64,000 nucleotides of DNA from Octopus sinensis (GCF_006345805.1 NW_021832860.1:1-64000), one strand, 5' to 3'. Counted from the stretch's first letter, positions 1 to 14,480 are shown. Notes: a model not told the origin generated them from the sequence alone. A program made the numbers and translations.

Positions 1-124
1 CGACCCCGAAAGGATGAAAGGCAAAGTTGACTTCGGCGAAATTTGGACTCGGAACGTAACGACAGGACGAAATACGGCTACGCATTTCGCCGGCGTGCAA
101 ACGTTTTCTGCCAACTCGCCGCCC
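1..124 (-). mobile_element. tRNA-derived SINE family A (5' part)
   Basis: Reverse complement of GGCGGCGAGCTGGCAGAA...GAGTTCAAATTCCGCCGAGGTCGACTTTGCCTTTCATCCTTTCGGGGTCG, seen in many copies in this window; A-box/B-box-like head. Confidence 0.85.
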
Positions 125-1221
125 TCACACACATATATATGCATATCTTTCAACTACGGTAGTGGTTAAATATATTCTTCAGTCCACCATTTCGTCAATC
201 GCAGCAGTCCAGCTCACCAACAAAAAAACTTCAGTCTCGACTAAATTGAATACTGTTAATAGTTTTAAAGAGGACAATCTCCTCAGCTACACTTTGACAT
301 AAATAGTTTGAAATTTGGTTCAGTTGAAAAAATTACATCAAAATATCTGCGACCCCACGGGGGTGGGCAGTAAGGCAGATTTTCATCTTCAATTAACATA
401 AATTTTAAAATTTTATATTAAAAGTATACTTTTCCTATGCTTAAATGTTACAAAAAGGCATGAGGAATTCAGAATCGCTAGTCGCATTAAAGAAAAATTA
501 GTAGAAAAAGATTTATGATGGTAAAATGTTACGAAATTTTATTCGTAAGTAAAGAAGTAAGAGAGTAAACGCTTAAGCAATAAATAAAGAATATATTTCT
601 AAAATGAATCTTTACATTCTGGGGCGGTGAGCTGGCAGAAACTTTAGCGCGCCAGCCGAAATGCTTCACGGTGTATCGTCCGTCTGTCTTATACGTTTTG
701 ATATCACATTTTGCCGAAGTTAATTTTGTTGTACAGATTATTTAACTAATTTTTTTTTAACTAAACACTTTCAATAGTTCACGTGTATAACTACACCAAA
801 TAACTATTTAGAGATATTCAAAGGAAAGCTTCTACCTTCTTATACATGGATGTGCTTATAATAAATTCCTATGCTTTCAGATAGCTTGGATTCAAAAGAA
901 GACATTTCATTTAGCAGGATTTTAATTTTCTATCCTAATTTCTCCACGCGTGCTATTTATACTATGGCTTCTTAACACATCACTAATAGACATATTGTAA
1001 AGAATGCGTAGTCAACAGTTGTATTGTCAATCTTTTTTTTCAAGAGTATTAGCCACTGAAGTAAAGTAAAGTGCTAACGAATGAGAAACAGAACGAGATT
1101 TAGTATTTGACTTTTTACTTTTGGAATATAAGAATCGTTAAATTAACACCCGGGAAGAAATTCACTTATATAGTATTAAATCTAAAGTGAAGCAACATTA
1201 ATCGGTTGTGCTTTAACACAA

Positions 1222-1621
1222 GGCGGCGAGCTGGCAGAAACGTTAGCACGCCGGGCGAAATGCTTAGCGGTATTTCATCTGCCGCCGTTGTTGAGTTCAA
1301 ATTCCGCGAGGTCGACTTTGCTTTATCTTTCGGGGTGTGATAAATTAAGTCCAGTTACGCACTGGGTCGATGTAATCGACTTAATACCTATGTTCTGTCC
1401 TGTTTGTCCCCTTCTGTGTTTAGCCCCTTGTGGGTAATAATGAAATAGGTATTTCATTCTCCGCTACGTTTGGTTAAATTCCGACGAGGTCGACTTTGCC
1501 TTTCATCCTTCGTGGTCGATAAATAAGTACCAGTTACGCACTGGTTGTCGATTAATCGACTTAATCCGTTTGTCTGTCCTTGTTTGTCCTCTATGTTTAG
1601 CCACTGGGTAATAAAGAAATA
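1222..1621 (+). mobile_element. SINE family A, head plus two ~180-bp body units
   Basis: Head at 1222; body GGTATTTC...AAAGAAATA occurs twice; imperfect TSD GGTTGTGCTT(TA/AG)ACACA on both sides. Confidence 0.85.
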
Positions 1622-1925
1622 GGTTGTGCTTAGACACATGCATGCATACATACACAAACACACACACAAACACACACACACACACACAGACGCACACACA
1701 TTCGCACGCAAATACACACACATGTATGGAATAAACCAACTTCGCTTAATACTGAGTGATTTCTAGATATCTGCCTGGATTTATTAATCCCTGTGTACTC
1801 TTGTTTATATATATATGAAACAAAAGGGAAGAGGTTATAAATATACATATACTTTCCCATTCATACATTCATATATATGCCACATATCCATTTATACATA
1901 CTACATACATACATACATTATATAT

Positions 1926-1959
<34 letters not shown>

Positions 1960-1979
1960 ATATATATACATATAAATAA

Positions 1980-2395
1980 AAAATGCGACCATGAAAAGTA
2001 ATATTTTTAAGATTATAAACCCTAGACAAGTACAGGACAAGTTATTACACCAGTAAAAGTATAGGACAAGCTATTACTTCTAGTATAGTAAAGAATAAAA
2101 AACTGTTTATTTAAAATATTGCAGCAAAGAATGCCAGTTCTTCTAATTTATTATTCTTTACAGTTCTCACCTTTTAAATTTATTGTACAAAGCTGTTTAG
2201 CTTATTTGTTAGTTTGTCTAATTAGTCACTCTTTTTTCTGTATTTAACGTAGTAAATTAGCCAAGATGTACTTAGATAAGTATAGTGTTAATTGTAAACT
2301 ATAATAAAATAAGTTTTAATATTTAAATTTTAATTTTAGCTGCAATATTTTAAGTAAAAGGTTTCTTATTCTTTGCTAGAAGTAATAGCTTGTCC
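1980..2395. mobile_element. MITE/foldback element, same family as 18624-19594, truncated
   Basis: Inverted arms GGACAAGCTATTACTTCTAG...AAAATATTGCAGC / GCTGCAATATTTT...CTAGAAGTAATAGCTTGTCC; similar to the TIRs at 18624. Confidence 0.65.
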
Positions 2396-2894
2396 TTGTG
2401 CCGATAGTAGAAGTGATTAATATTTCTCAATTTTTCGTTTCCTAATCAAAGAAAATATTTCAAACATTCCTGGAAGGAAAAGTTGGTAAGAAAAGCAGGA
2501 ATGTTAATCCAGGCTGTGTTTCAATTTCGCATAAGAAATTTCACCATATTTAGCTGTAAAAGCGTATCGAACTGCTTGACCGTTACCAGTCTTTGCTTTA
2601 TTCTGAATAGACATAATGAACTCCGTTATTGTCCAGTGTTGGTGCTGGGTTTCGTAGAAGTGATAGGATAAAGTCTATTATCTCTTTAGAGATTATGGTG
2701 GAAGGAGGAAAGAAAAATAGAAAGCAAAACGAGGTAAATAGAAGAGTATAAAACAAAAGGGAAATAGTTGTCCGGGTGATTAATTGAATAAATACTAGGA
2801 AGAGTAGCGCTGTATGAAGAGGAGCTCGAGGTGATAGGCTTAAGTATCAGATAAGAAATGTGATGAAGAGAACGAAGAGAAAACGTTGGCGACG

Positions 2895-3240
2895 ATAACA
2901 ACAACGATGGCGACGATGGCGGCGACGACAGGGAAGAAGGAGGGGAGGGTAAGGGAGGCGGGGGGATGGGGAGGGTAGAGCAGGAGAGGTGGAGGAGGGA
3001 GAAAGAAGAAAGGAGGAAGAGGAGAGGGATAGGAAAAGGAAAAGAAGAAGAAAAGGGAGGAGGAGGAGGGGGAAGAGAAGAAGAAAATGAAGGAGGAAGA
3101 AAAAGGAGAAAATGAAGAAGAAAGAGGAGGAGGTGGAGGAGGAGAAGGGGAGTTCAGCAGTAGCAGAAGAAGAAGAAGAAAAAGAAGAAGAAGAAGAAGT
3201 AGAAGAAGAAGAAAGAGGAGGAGGAGTAGAAAAATGGAAG
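2895..3240 (+). repeat. Polypurine (GAA/GAG/GGA) low-complexity tract
   Basis: Directly visible. Confidence 0.9.
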
Positions 3241-3691
3241 ACGACCATCCAAAACAGCAGCAATAATAAAATGAATGTTCGTGGGGTGGTGATGACGAGA
3301 GAGTAAATGAGAAAATAATATCGAAAGTACTAAGAAAAGGAAAACAAAGAGAAATGAGAAAAAATAAAAGACATAAATGAGAAAAAGAATAATTTAATGA
3401 ATGTTCTTCTTCTGTTACGACATTCCAATATTTACGGAAAACTAAAGAACGGTTGGGAAGAAAATGTCTCTATTTTCATTAAATTGTCTTTGCGGAAATC
3501 TTACAGCTATTGTTTGCAGTTTATAAGCAATTAATATCATTTTCTACTTTGCCTCAGGAAGCGGAATAGAAAGAGCCAGAATTGGTGTCTGTATCTGCCA
3601 AGAAAGGGAATAAGAAAAGCAACAACAGGGGAGATAAGTGGTGATTGGTACCTACACACACACACACACGCACAAATACACATTTATATAT

Positions 3692-3800
3692 AAAGTAATA
3701 GCTCGCCATGTCGCAGTTTACCTATCGCGGTTTATTATCTCAGCTTACGTCGATTTCTCTGTAGTGTAGTTTTGTATTTATGATAAAATAAATATATACA
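3692..3800. mobile_element. pogo/Tigger-like MITE end (decayed)
   Basis: AGTAATAGCTCGCCATGTCGCAGTTTACCTATCGCGG resembles CAGTAATCCCTCG..ATCGCGG-type TIRs. Confidence 0.35.
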
Positions 3801-3855
3801 AATTATTAAAAAACAGCAATTTCATACACACACACCTCAATATATATATATAGAT

Positions 3856-3924
<69 letters not shown>

Positions 3925-3925
3925 C

Positions 3926-3959
<34 letters not shown>

Positions 3960-4197
3960 ATATATATATATATATATACAACAAATGAACATACATATAT
4001 ATATAGTTGAAGCAGGGAGTATGTTGCTCTTGTGATGTGGAAAGAAGTAGAGCGGGCAACAGAAAAAAGACGACTGTGTTAGTGCACATGGTGAAAGGCG
4101 GAAGTTTACGAAAACGAGCAAAGTGGGTTTTTAAAGGCATGAAACAATGGTCGCAACATTATATACAATATGATATATATATAAGGTGTGTGTATGC

Positions 4198-4236
<39 letters not shown>

Positions 4237-5099
4237 CAGAAATTGCTGGCCTTATGCCAAAATTTGAAACCATTATTATTATTGAAATAAGCAAGCACTA
4301 AAAATCTGTCTAGCTGAATCTAGCATTTTCCCTACTCTTTGTACCTAGTAATCATAAACAATGGCCCATCACCCTCAGGGGAGTAATGATATCAACTTTG
4401 AGAAATAAGGACAGAAATTAACTTTAATTGATAAATTCTTATTTTAAAGAACTGAACGTTTTCCCCAACACTTACCGTTAGGGTGTTGATTTGTTTGTGA
4501 AATTATCAGAGAAATTTGAAATTATTTTGATGTGTGTCTTTTTTTTTTACCAACAATATTTAGTAATTTTTCTTTTAACTGGAGTATGTAGAGTGTAAAA
4601 TGCGGACTAGATTACCCGACCGAGTTTGTGCATATTAAGTTCGAAGAGGGAGGGAGGGAGGGAGAGGGTGGGAAAAAGAGAGAGAGTTATTGTGCGTGTT
4701 TGTGTGTTTGTGTGATTGTGTGTGTGCGTGTGTGTGAATTGAAATGAAGCAGAGTAACACAAGATCAGTACAAAGCAATGATTCCATGATTAACAGCTTT
4801 CTTTTACTTAGTGTTGTTGTTTCACTTTTACTAGTTACTTTCACAAAGCATCAAGATTTCACATACGCACAGATACACAGACACATAGACATAAATACAC
4901 ACACACATACATGCACAAACACACACACACACACTCTTACACACACATTTCACACACTCTCATACACAAAAAATTCTGTTATTTCAATAGAGCTGATCAC
5001 CCATTAAAAGATAACTTATCCCGAAAGGTCAAGAAAATCGATTCTGTTAACCACTGAATTACGTTAAATAAATATTTTTTTTTACCTGTCTACCTATGG

Positions 5100-5380
5100 A
5101 TATGTGTACAGAGGATGAACCCGGGGTTCAGTGATGTCGATGTAAAGATTTTACAGTAGTAATGTAAGCAATTTGAAAAGACCATAAGACGTTATTGAAT
5201 AAGTAAGGTTGTACAGTCGGGAATTGCGTTGATAAAACTAGGACTCAGCTGATTGTATGCGAAGTGTAAAATGGCGATCTTGGTAGTGAAATCATTGACG
5301 GACCAAAGTATTCTTCATTGACTGTTGGTAGTGTGTCAAAATTTGCCGCGAAGTTGCGGTGATAGTTTCAGTTAATCGAA
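5100..5380 (-). pseudogene. Possible Penelope-like RT fragment
   Basis: Minus-strand pieces LSPSFINA (cf. MGPSYAN) and LYIDI (cf. RYIDD) in the expected order; very decayed. Confidence 0.3.
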
Positions 5381-6351
5381 AGAATATTGGATTGGATTGG
5401 ATTGGATTGGTCGAATGATGTTGAAGAATAACTAGCAAAAGCTGTTAGTTGAGATCAAAATAACCCGAAATTTCTAGAAAGCAAAAATTTAATAAAAATA
5501 AATGCGCACAGGTATATACATATATATCTTTATTATTATTATTATTTCCTTTTATTATTTTACTAGATTCAGTCATTTCACTGCGGCCATGCTGGAGCAC
5601 CGCCTTGAAGGGATTCGGACAAATGGACCCCGTGACATATTTCTCAAACCTAGTACTTATTCTAAGTGTCTCTTTTGAGGAACTGTTAGTTACTGGGACA
5701 TAAACACACCAACACCGGTTGTCAAACGGTGATAGGGGAACGAACAGACACCACACCAGCACTTGTCAACTGGTGTTGGCCTGTTTCCCCACCCCGTAAC
5801 TTAGTGGTTCTTTAAACGAGACCACTGGAATAAGTACCAGGCTTTTAAAAAGAAAATTCAAGGTGGCGACCCAGCATGGCCGCAGTCTAATGACTAAAAC
5901 AAATAAAAAATATAAAATATAAGAAAATATGTTTTCTATGTACGTCAATATTTTTGAACTTCCTGACTATTTTTGAAATTCCTATGTGATTAGTTTACAC
6001 TTAGGTGTCTGTCATGCAAGTAACTTCTTTTTTTTGTATTTTCGACGGAATAATGATATTATCAAGTAAGACTAATGAAAACTGGAAGCTTTTAAAACAA
6101 TGAATGTATTGACGTTCACTTAAAAAGACATAAATTCAGTTACATGAAAACTTTGCTATCTTTTTGTTAACATGGCAAAAGTTTATTAGTTTTCTTTAAA
6201 GATAAATGGATTCTTCTTCTGAAATTAACTATCTTTGTGAGTTAAATAGTTCTTATGAAAAATGTTTCTATGAACAAAGATATCTGGTCTTAGCAGATGT
6301 GGCTTAGCAGCTGCGATTAGAAATAGTAATTTTATAAATGGTTATTCATTA

Positions 6352-6525
6352 GCCGGCTGTGTTGTAAGTAGCTTGTTTACCAACCACATGGTTCCGGGTT
6401 CAGTCCCACTGCGTGGCACCTTGGGCAAGTGTCTTCTATTATAGTCTCGGGCTGACCAAAGCCTTGTGAGTGGATTTGGTAGACGGAAACTGAAAGAAGC
6501 CCGTCGTATATATGTATATATATAT

Positions 6526-6573
<48 letters not shown>

Positions 6574-6809
6574 TGTGTGTGTTTGTGTGTCTGTGTTTGT
6601 CCCCCTAGCATTGCTTGACAACCGATGCTGGTGTGTTTATGTCTCCGTTACCTAGCGGTTCGGCAAAAGAGACCGATAGAATAAGTACTGGGCTTACAAA
6701 AGAATAAGTCCCGGGGTCGATTTGCTCGACTAAAGGCGGTGCTCCAGCATGGCCGCAGTCAAATGACTGAAACAAGTAAAAGAGTAACAGAGTAAAAGAG
6801 TAAGAGTAT
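6352..6809 (+). mobile_element. tRNA-derived SINE family B with internal (TA)n/(TG)n
   Basis: Head GGCTGTGTTGTAAG...GGTTCAGTCCC (B-box); internal microsatellite; tail CCAGCATGGCCGCAGTCAAATGACTGAAACAAG(TAAAAGAG)n. Confidence 0.9.
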
Positions 6810-7008
6810 ACTTATGACAATTAGTGACTCTGAGGTCGATCTAAAGATTGTTTGACCAATGAAGTCGTTACACACGCGCGCGCGCGCACACACACACATA
6901 AGAAACAAACAAAAAAACACAAGCATACATAGAAGAGAATGAAAACTCAACACCTCATTGGAGGATAAAGATTCTTTATTTGCAGATTAAGGAGTGGCTG
7001 TGTAGTAA

Positions 7009-7305
7009 GGCGGCGAGCTGGGAGGAAACGTTAGCGCGCCGGGCGAAGTACTTAGCGTTATTTCGTCTGCCGCTACGTTCTGAGTTCAAATTCCGCCTAA
7101 GTCGACTTAGCCTTTCATCCTTTCGGGGTCGATTAAATTAGTACCAGTTACGCACTGGTGTCAATATAATCGACTTAATCCGTTTGTCTCTCCTTGTTTG
7201 TCCCCTCTGTGATTAGCCCCTTGTGGGTAGTAAAGAAATAGGTATTTCGTCTGCCGCTACGTTCTGAGTTCAAATTTCGCCGAGGTCGACTTTGCCTTTC
7301 ATCCT
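7009..7305 (+). mobile_element. SINE family A, head plus one full and one partial body unit
   Basis: Body restarts at GGTATTTCGTCTGCC directly after AAAGAAATA. Confidence 0.85.
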
Positions 7306-7386
7306 CTATCTGGACGTTTTGTTGTCCCTTTCTTGAATCACCTAACTATCTGGATGTTTTTCATTCTTGTCCCATTTTATAGTTTT

Positions 7387-7435
<49 letters not shown>

Positions 7436-7457
7436 TAGTGGCATACGTACACTTTGA

Positions 7458-7514
<57 letters not shown>

Positions 7515-8374
7515 CGGTGCCCCAATATGGCTGTAGTCTAATGACAGAAACGATATATATATTTAAGCACTTTAAAGATATAGACAACGTAACAGTATCT
7601 TAGAAGATCAGTATGGAAATGATTTAAATTATAAAATATCTCTTTTACTTACTAATCAGTTCATGTAAAATGAATACAGTAAGCAGAATGAGATGTTTAA
7701 AGGAATTTATTTAATCATTGTTCGTTTGCATAAGAAATATTTGAAAAATATTTTTTTTAAATGTGTTATAAATATATATATATATAATTTTTTCTTGTGA
7801 AAACGAACTCTAAATTTTTCTTCATTCTAGACTTTTACATTTCAAATGCAGAGAAAATGACAGAAAATAATTTTTGAATATTTACTTTTTAAATCGATTA
7901 TAGCATCGAATACACTAGTTAACCATTCGGAAACATATAAAAATCATTAGTTTCTCTTAAACTTTTGGCATTCAAAACGGCTGTATCAGCCGTATTCTAC
8001 CTGGCTTATGTTCAATCAGGAAAGATCCAAACCCTTTCACCTACATTACAATTCTAAAAATAAACAATCACATCATCAGAATATCAAGGCTACAAGATAA
8101 TATATGGCTAATTCTAAAGAAAGAAAGTGAATTCGTAAGCATTATATTTGACAGGAAATATGAATACCACAGGGGGGGGGCGAGCTGGCAGAGACGCTAG
8201 CACGCCGGGCAAAATGCGTAGCCGTATTTCGTCTGCCGTTACGTCCTGAGTTCAAATTCTGCCGAGGTCGACTTTACCTTTCATCCTTCTTGATGATGAT
8301 GATGATGATTTTCTACATTGTCGATTGTATTGAGTAATTCTGCAATTTAATGTAAAATTGGTTTTCATTATGAC

Positions 8375-8458
<84 letters not shown>

Positions 8459-8949
8459 GGGTAGTGTTATTGTGAGCTCCCGCGTTTCTGTATGATTGCA
8501 CTGAACATTATTGGTAACAGTAATTTCAGTACAAATGTTCTTTCGAAATATTTATTGCTGTCAGGTAATAGCTCTTGTTATTATGAAGGATTGTCTTCAT
8601 ATTTTTTATTACAACTTTTTATTACAATTAATATTTTGTTCTTATGTTACTAAATATCTTGAAGAATAGATTTGGGTATGAAATCATCCGTTGGCACAAA
8701 TAGATTCATTTTAGACACGCATTTGTTGAGATCTGGAATGATGAAAAATGTTCACCTGAAAGATTTGTACTTTATCTGTCTTGTTTAATTATCAACACGT
8801 TAACTTAAATTGTAATGGATGGAAAAATATTATCATTTCAGTTGTTATGTGTCATGCTGACTACTGGTTATTCGGGAAATTACCTACTTACGGCGACTTT
8901 GAGCTGACATCTAAATCATTGAAACTCATTTTCATTGACGTAGATATAT

Positions 8950-9363
8950 ATTTCTTTACTGCCCACAAGGGGCTAAACATAGAGGGGACAAACAAGGACA
9001 GACAAACGGATTAAGTCGATTATTTCGACCCCAGTGCGTAACTGGTACTTATTTAATCGACCCCGAAAGGATGAAAGGCAAAGTCGACCTCGGCGGAATT
9101 TGAACTCAGAACGTAACGACAGACGAAATACCTATTCTTTGCTACCCACAATGTGCTAAACACAGAGAGGACAAACAAGGACAGACAAACGGATTAAGTC
9201 GATTATTTCGACCCCAGTGCGTAACTGGTACTTATTTAATCGACCCCGAAAGGATGAAAGGCTAAGTCGACCTCGGCGGAATTTGAACTTAGAACGTAAC
9301 GGCAGACGAAATACCGGTAAGCATTTTGCCCGGCGTGCTAACGATTCTGTCAGCTAACCGCCC
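8950..9363 (-). mobile_element. SINE family A, head plus two body units, with TSD
   Basis: Two ~180-bp units; TSD TCATTGAC(G/T)TAGATATAT flanks both ends. Confidence 0.9.
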
Positions 9364-10469
9364 TCATTGACTTAGATATATTGAATTATTTTGCATGTTA
9401 AGTAAAAAATCTAATGATATAGAAATGCAGAGATCAAGTGGGATAATAAGCTACGCGAAAGTTCATTAGTTGCTATTTTCGGATCATTATTATGGACGTG
9501 TCAGTAATCTAAGACCATGATTAGCACGACTTAATTACGAGAGTTTAATTGAAATGAAACCTGTAGGTTTGTGTTAATTCTCTTTGTAATACCAGGATGT
9601 TAAAAATATATAGCAAACTGTACTTCGATACGCTTTCTATTTACAGCTAGATAAACTATAAAAGAGTGAGCTAAGTATTTTCAAATGTAACATATTAATC
9701 TGTATATAAGAACAGTCACAAAATAAAACATTGAAGTAATTATTTTCTCTGAAAATTATTATTTCCGTAGGTTTTCTTATTCCAATATTTTTTTAATTTT
9801 TTTTTAAGTAAGCTAAGAATTTGAATGTTTTAATTCATAACTGGATTTCAATTGCACTAAAAAAAAAGCTAGAATCGATTTTTTTTTCTTACAGGTATTG
9901 TTCTTTGAAAAGCAGCGAGAAATACAATACGTACTTCACCTGTTAACTTCGTAGAATTCATTCTTTTCCTTTATATGTTTTGCTTTTTCTTTTTTTTTTT
10001 TTTTTTGTAAATGGAGAATGTCAACAACATATCTAGAACTCGTTAGCTGCCTGTTTTAAAATTTTGAGATAAAACAGATGTACATAAATATTTTTAATTT
10101 TTACATTTTAATTTTGAGAGTTTTAGTGTAGTGGTATTCACGTGCGAAGTTATATAATGAACTTTAATGATGTGAGTAAAAGGAAATTAATTCTATTGCC
10201 AATGAAGTCTACTGTCTCAGATTCCATGTTATTTAGGTAACTTTGATCGTTAAGACAATTAATTACGAGTTTTCAAATGAAACGACACCAAAGAGTTAAA
10301 AGCATAAAATGAAATGTAAGATCGAATAGCGGCAGTCTCTTTATAAAACATTTCGAAGTGGAGTAAATCGATTCCCTGTAACGTAAGATGTTAAAATGTA
10401 AAATGGCGGGTTAAAGTTCAAAACGGGAAGATAACTTAGAAGAACGTGAGCAAATTTTAATGAGTGAAA

Positions 10470-10790
10470 AGGAAAAATTTAAGGCGCAGAGATGGGAACA
10501 GAAAATATATTTAGGGATTGCCAAACTACAAACATGTGCAAGGGGAGATGTCTTTAAGTTTAGAAGATAAGGAATTTCTCAGAGTTTAGATAAAGTCCTT
10601 GACTTATAACTAAGAGATTTCCAAGAAATGGTCTGATTAATTAATTTATTTACCGGTCAAGTTTCACAAGTGTTCGCTTTTGTGGATGAGAAGATCGCCG
10701 AACGGATAACCTAAACGGCTGGTTTAACCCACGTATAAGCATTTGCTGAGTTTATGAGCAATGCAGTTGCTGTGGTTGTTCAGTCCGAGA
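10470..10790 (-). pseudogene. Penelope-like GIY-YIG endonuclease fragment
   Basis: Minus strand translates CLYVG*TSRLGYPFGDLL (cf. LYIGETGRRLGDRFxEH), then SDHF and IF..L..LN. Confidence 0.55.
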
Positions 10791-10797
10791 GCAGGCA

Positions 10798-11148
10798 CTC
10801 TTTTACTCTTTTACTTGTTTCAGTCATTTGACTGCGGCCATGCTGGAGCAACGCCTTTAGTACTTATTCTATCAGTCTCTTTTTGCCGAACCGCTAAGTG
10901 ACGGGGACGTAAACACACAGGCATCGGTTGTCAAGCAATGCTAGGGAGACAAACACAGACACACATATATATATATACATACATATATACGACGGGCTTC
11001 TTTCAGTTTCCGTCTACCAAATCCACTCACAAGGCATTGGTCGGCCCGGGGCTATAGCAGAAGACACTTGCCCAAGATGCCATGCAGTGGGACTGAACCC
11101 GGAACTATGTGGTTGGTAAGCAAGCTACTTACCACACAGCCACTCCTG
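10798..11148 (-). mobile_element. SINE family B
   Basis: Near full-length reverse copy of 6352-6809. Confidence 0.9.
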
Positions 11149-11321
11149 GTTAAGAAAACGTGATCAAAGAGGTCTTTGATGATTTCTCATCATTTTATAT
11201 ATTAGAATCTATTAGAACCTACGGTATTCCATGGTGTGTTGTGGTTTGAAAGAGAAGTGGCTGCAATTTCTCATACAATAATAATACACGTAGTGATTCC
11301 CTTTTTCACTCGAGATTATAT

Positions 11322-11645
11322 AGTAAATAGTGGTTAGAGCGTCGGGATCAAAATCATGAGGTAGCAAGTTCGATTCCCGGACCGGTCTGTGTTGTATTCT
11401 TGAGCAAGACACTTTATATAACGTTGCTCAAGTTTACTTAGCCGTAGAAATGAGTTGCGACGTGACTGGTGCCAGTCTGTATCGACCTTTGCCTTTTTCT
11501 TGGATAACATCGGTGGCGTGGAGAGAGGAGGCCTCTGTGAACGGGAGACTGCTGGTCTTCCAAAAATATCATTGCCCGGATTTGTGCCTGCGAGGGTAAC
11601 TTTCTAGATTCAATATCTTGGTTATTCATGACCGAAGGGGTCTTT
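11322..11645 (+). mobile_element. tRNA-derived SINE family D
   Basis: TAGTGGTTAGAGC A-box, GTTCGATTCCC B-box, TTCTTGAGCAAGACACTT central domain; tail shared with 50484-50630. Confidence 0.75.
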
Positions 11646-11849
11646 TCTAATATAATAAAAAAAGGTTTTGCGAAGCACAGTCAGAGTGGTTTAGGAGTTG
11701 GGCTTGAAAGCCTAGTTATGTGTATTCTATTGGAAATGTAACGAATTGAACGTGTATGTTTGAAGGTGTCAAAATTTAAAGTTTCTAGTCAATAGATCAC
11801 TTTGAACTACGATTCGACAGACAGCTGTATAGCAAAACACCATACCTTT

Positions 11850-12200
11850 TGTCTTGGGATTTCTTTACCCCTCAGACATTAATAACGACCTCCCTTCCTA
11901 TAACTCGAATTCCTCTTCCTAAAACGCTTGCAACTGAACAGCCCCTGATATGCCATTATTTCGTTTATTTGATCATAACTTTCTCTTCCTACGTCATTTT
12001 TTCAAATTATCTACCTATGTGTTCACGCTATTCAGAATGTTCTTGCATTCATCTCTATACATCGACCGATGTCTCATGATCAATTCAAAGTTTCTACAGC
12101 AGCTGTAGAATGTTAAACCATAAATCTGTGTACTTATTTCCATCAGATCTATTATTGTTCCATATGTCCTGGTCGCAGCATTACTATCTCATAATATTTG
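11850..12200 (+). pseudogene. Possible PLE zinc-linker/GIY-YIG fragment
   Basis: ACN..PLICHY (cf. PCxRPRCxTCPY) followed by SSLYID (cf. LYIG); decayed. Confidence 0.35.
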
Positions 12201-12309
12201 TCATCGAAATATCTATAAATTTTCACTAGTCATAGATTTCCTCTTGTTTTTATCGCTTATCATTAATTGTTCATGTCCTCTCCATTATTCATGAATATAT
12301 CGAATTGCT

Positions 12310-13036
12310 GCAGATTTTAATGACCACCCCAACAACCCAGTTTCCAGAAAAACAGTTCGCTTTCTCGAGAGCTGCACAAAGCGGGAATTCAAGGGAAGGC
12401 TGCAATCAGAAAACCACTATTTTCAAAAACAAACGTTGCTAAGCATTTAGAGTGGAGTAAAATCCTATATAATTGGTCTCTAGAGCAGTGGAAGAATGTT
12501 ATTTTTTCGAACGAGTCATCTTTTACCTTAGTTTCGATCACCGGCCGAGTATATGTGTGGAGCCATTCAAAAGAACCAATTGACCCAGACTGCCTTCTTC
12601 CAAATTTTAAACTTGGAGGAGGATCTGTGATGATCTGGGTGGGGGCTATATCTTGGAAATCCGACAGGCCAATGGTTTCCCTTCATGACAGAATTAATAT
12701 CCAAGACTATTTACGCATTTTATCTGATCATTGTTACTGAATGGCACGAGGAACATTCTAGAGAAGTTGAACATCTTATCTGGCCACCACAGTCCCCAGA
12801 TCTCAATATTATTGAACATTCATGGTGCATTTTAGAAAAACAATTAAGGAGACGATATCCTCCACTATCATCACCACAAGGACTGCAGACTTCTTTAGGT
12901 GAAGAATGGACAAAATTTCCTTCGGAGAAAATTCAAACTTTGTACGAGTCCATACCTCGTAGAATTGAAGCTGTAATAACTGCCAAAGGCGGTTCTACGC
13001 AATATTAAAATAAATCCATTATTGTGTCCATCCCTG
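12310..13036 (+). mobile_element. Tc1-family (DD34E) transposon relic, 5'-truncated and internally deleted
   Basis: VSRKTVR..ELHKAG..AAIRKPL, WKNVIFSNES, GGGSVMIW, WPPQSPDLNIIEHSW, AKGGSTQY*; ends CCCTG-TA. Confidence 0.9.
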
Positions 13037-13198
13037 TACTTATAGTATCCTGAAGAATTGGAAAATAGCACCAAATTGCGAACCAAGATGCGAACTTTTG
13101 CAGTGTGCACGGAATTGCAGCAGAAACATGTAGTTACAGAAAATGGAAACACGTTATTAACAGCAGAATAAAACTTGATAAATAATTCGCTGTTCTCC

Positions 13199-13231
<33 letters not shown>

Positions 13232-13234
<3 letters not shown>

Positions 13235-14480
13235 GTAAATATCGATGGCAGTTTTAATTCACAAATAAAGAATGTATATGTCTGTGTGTTTGTGTACATA
13301 ATTATTGCATAATTGGTGCGTAATTAGTGCGGCCATTTTTCAACAAATTTTATTCATCAAAAACAATAACAATATTTAACAAAAACATCTCTAAATGATT
13401 ATTCAGGCGCATATTCACCATCTACTTCAATTACTGCTTCCCATTTGTCTGGCAGACAGTCAGACCGTTATTTAAAAATGTTTGGGTTTTTTTTTTTTTT
13501 TGCTAGATATTGTTAGTTTGTTGAATAAAATTTGCTGAAAAAAAGCTGCAATAATTATGTACCAACCCAACATATATATATATTCTTTTCCTCTTCTACT
13601 TGTTTCAGCCATTTGACTGCTGCCATACTGGAGCACCCACTCTAGTCGAGCAAATCGACCCCACGACTTAATCTTTGTAAGCCTAGTACTTATTCTATCG
13701 GTCTCTTTTGCCGAACCGCTAAGTTACGGGCACGTAAATACACCAGCATCTGTTGTAAACGATGTTGTGTGGGGGGACAAACACATACACACACAAACAC
13801 AGTAGGACTGAACCCGGAACCATACCACACAGCCACTCCTGCGCATATATATATATATATATTATATATATATACGTAATATCGATGGCAGTTTTAATTC
13901 ACAAATAAAGAATGTATATGTCTGTGTGTTTGTGTACATAATTATTGCATAATTGGTGCGTAATTAGTGCGGCCATTTTTCAACAAATTTTATTCATCAA
14001 AAACAATAACAATATTTAACAAAAACATCTCTAAATGATTATTCAGGCGCATATTCACCATCTACTTCAATTACTGCTTCCCATTTGTCTGGCAGACAGT
14101 CAGACCGTTATTTAAAAATGTTTGGGTTTTTTTTTTTTTTTGCTAGATATTGTTAGTTTGTTGAATAAAATTTGCTGAAAAAAAGCTGCAATAATTATGT
14201 ACCAACCCAACATATATATATATTCTTTTCCTCTTCTACTTGTTTCAGCCATTTGACTGCTGCCATACTGGAGCACCCACTCTAGTCGAGCAAATCGACC
14301 CCACGACTTAATCTTTGTAAGCCTAGTACTTATTCTATCGGTCTCTTTTGCCGAACCGCTAAGTTACGGGCACGTAAATACACCAGCATCTGTTGTAAAC
14401 GATGTTGTGTGGGGGGACAAACACATACACACACAAACACAGTAGGACTGAACCCGGAACCATACCACACAGCCACTCCT

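Noticed and set aside
6377-6574. Recurrent peptide DGLLSVSVYQIHSQG...EDTCPRCHAVGLNP
   Set aside because: Antisense translation of SINE B
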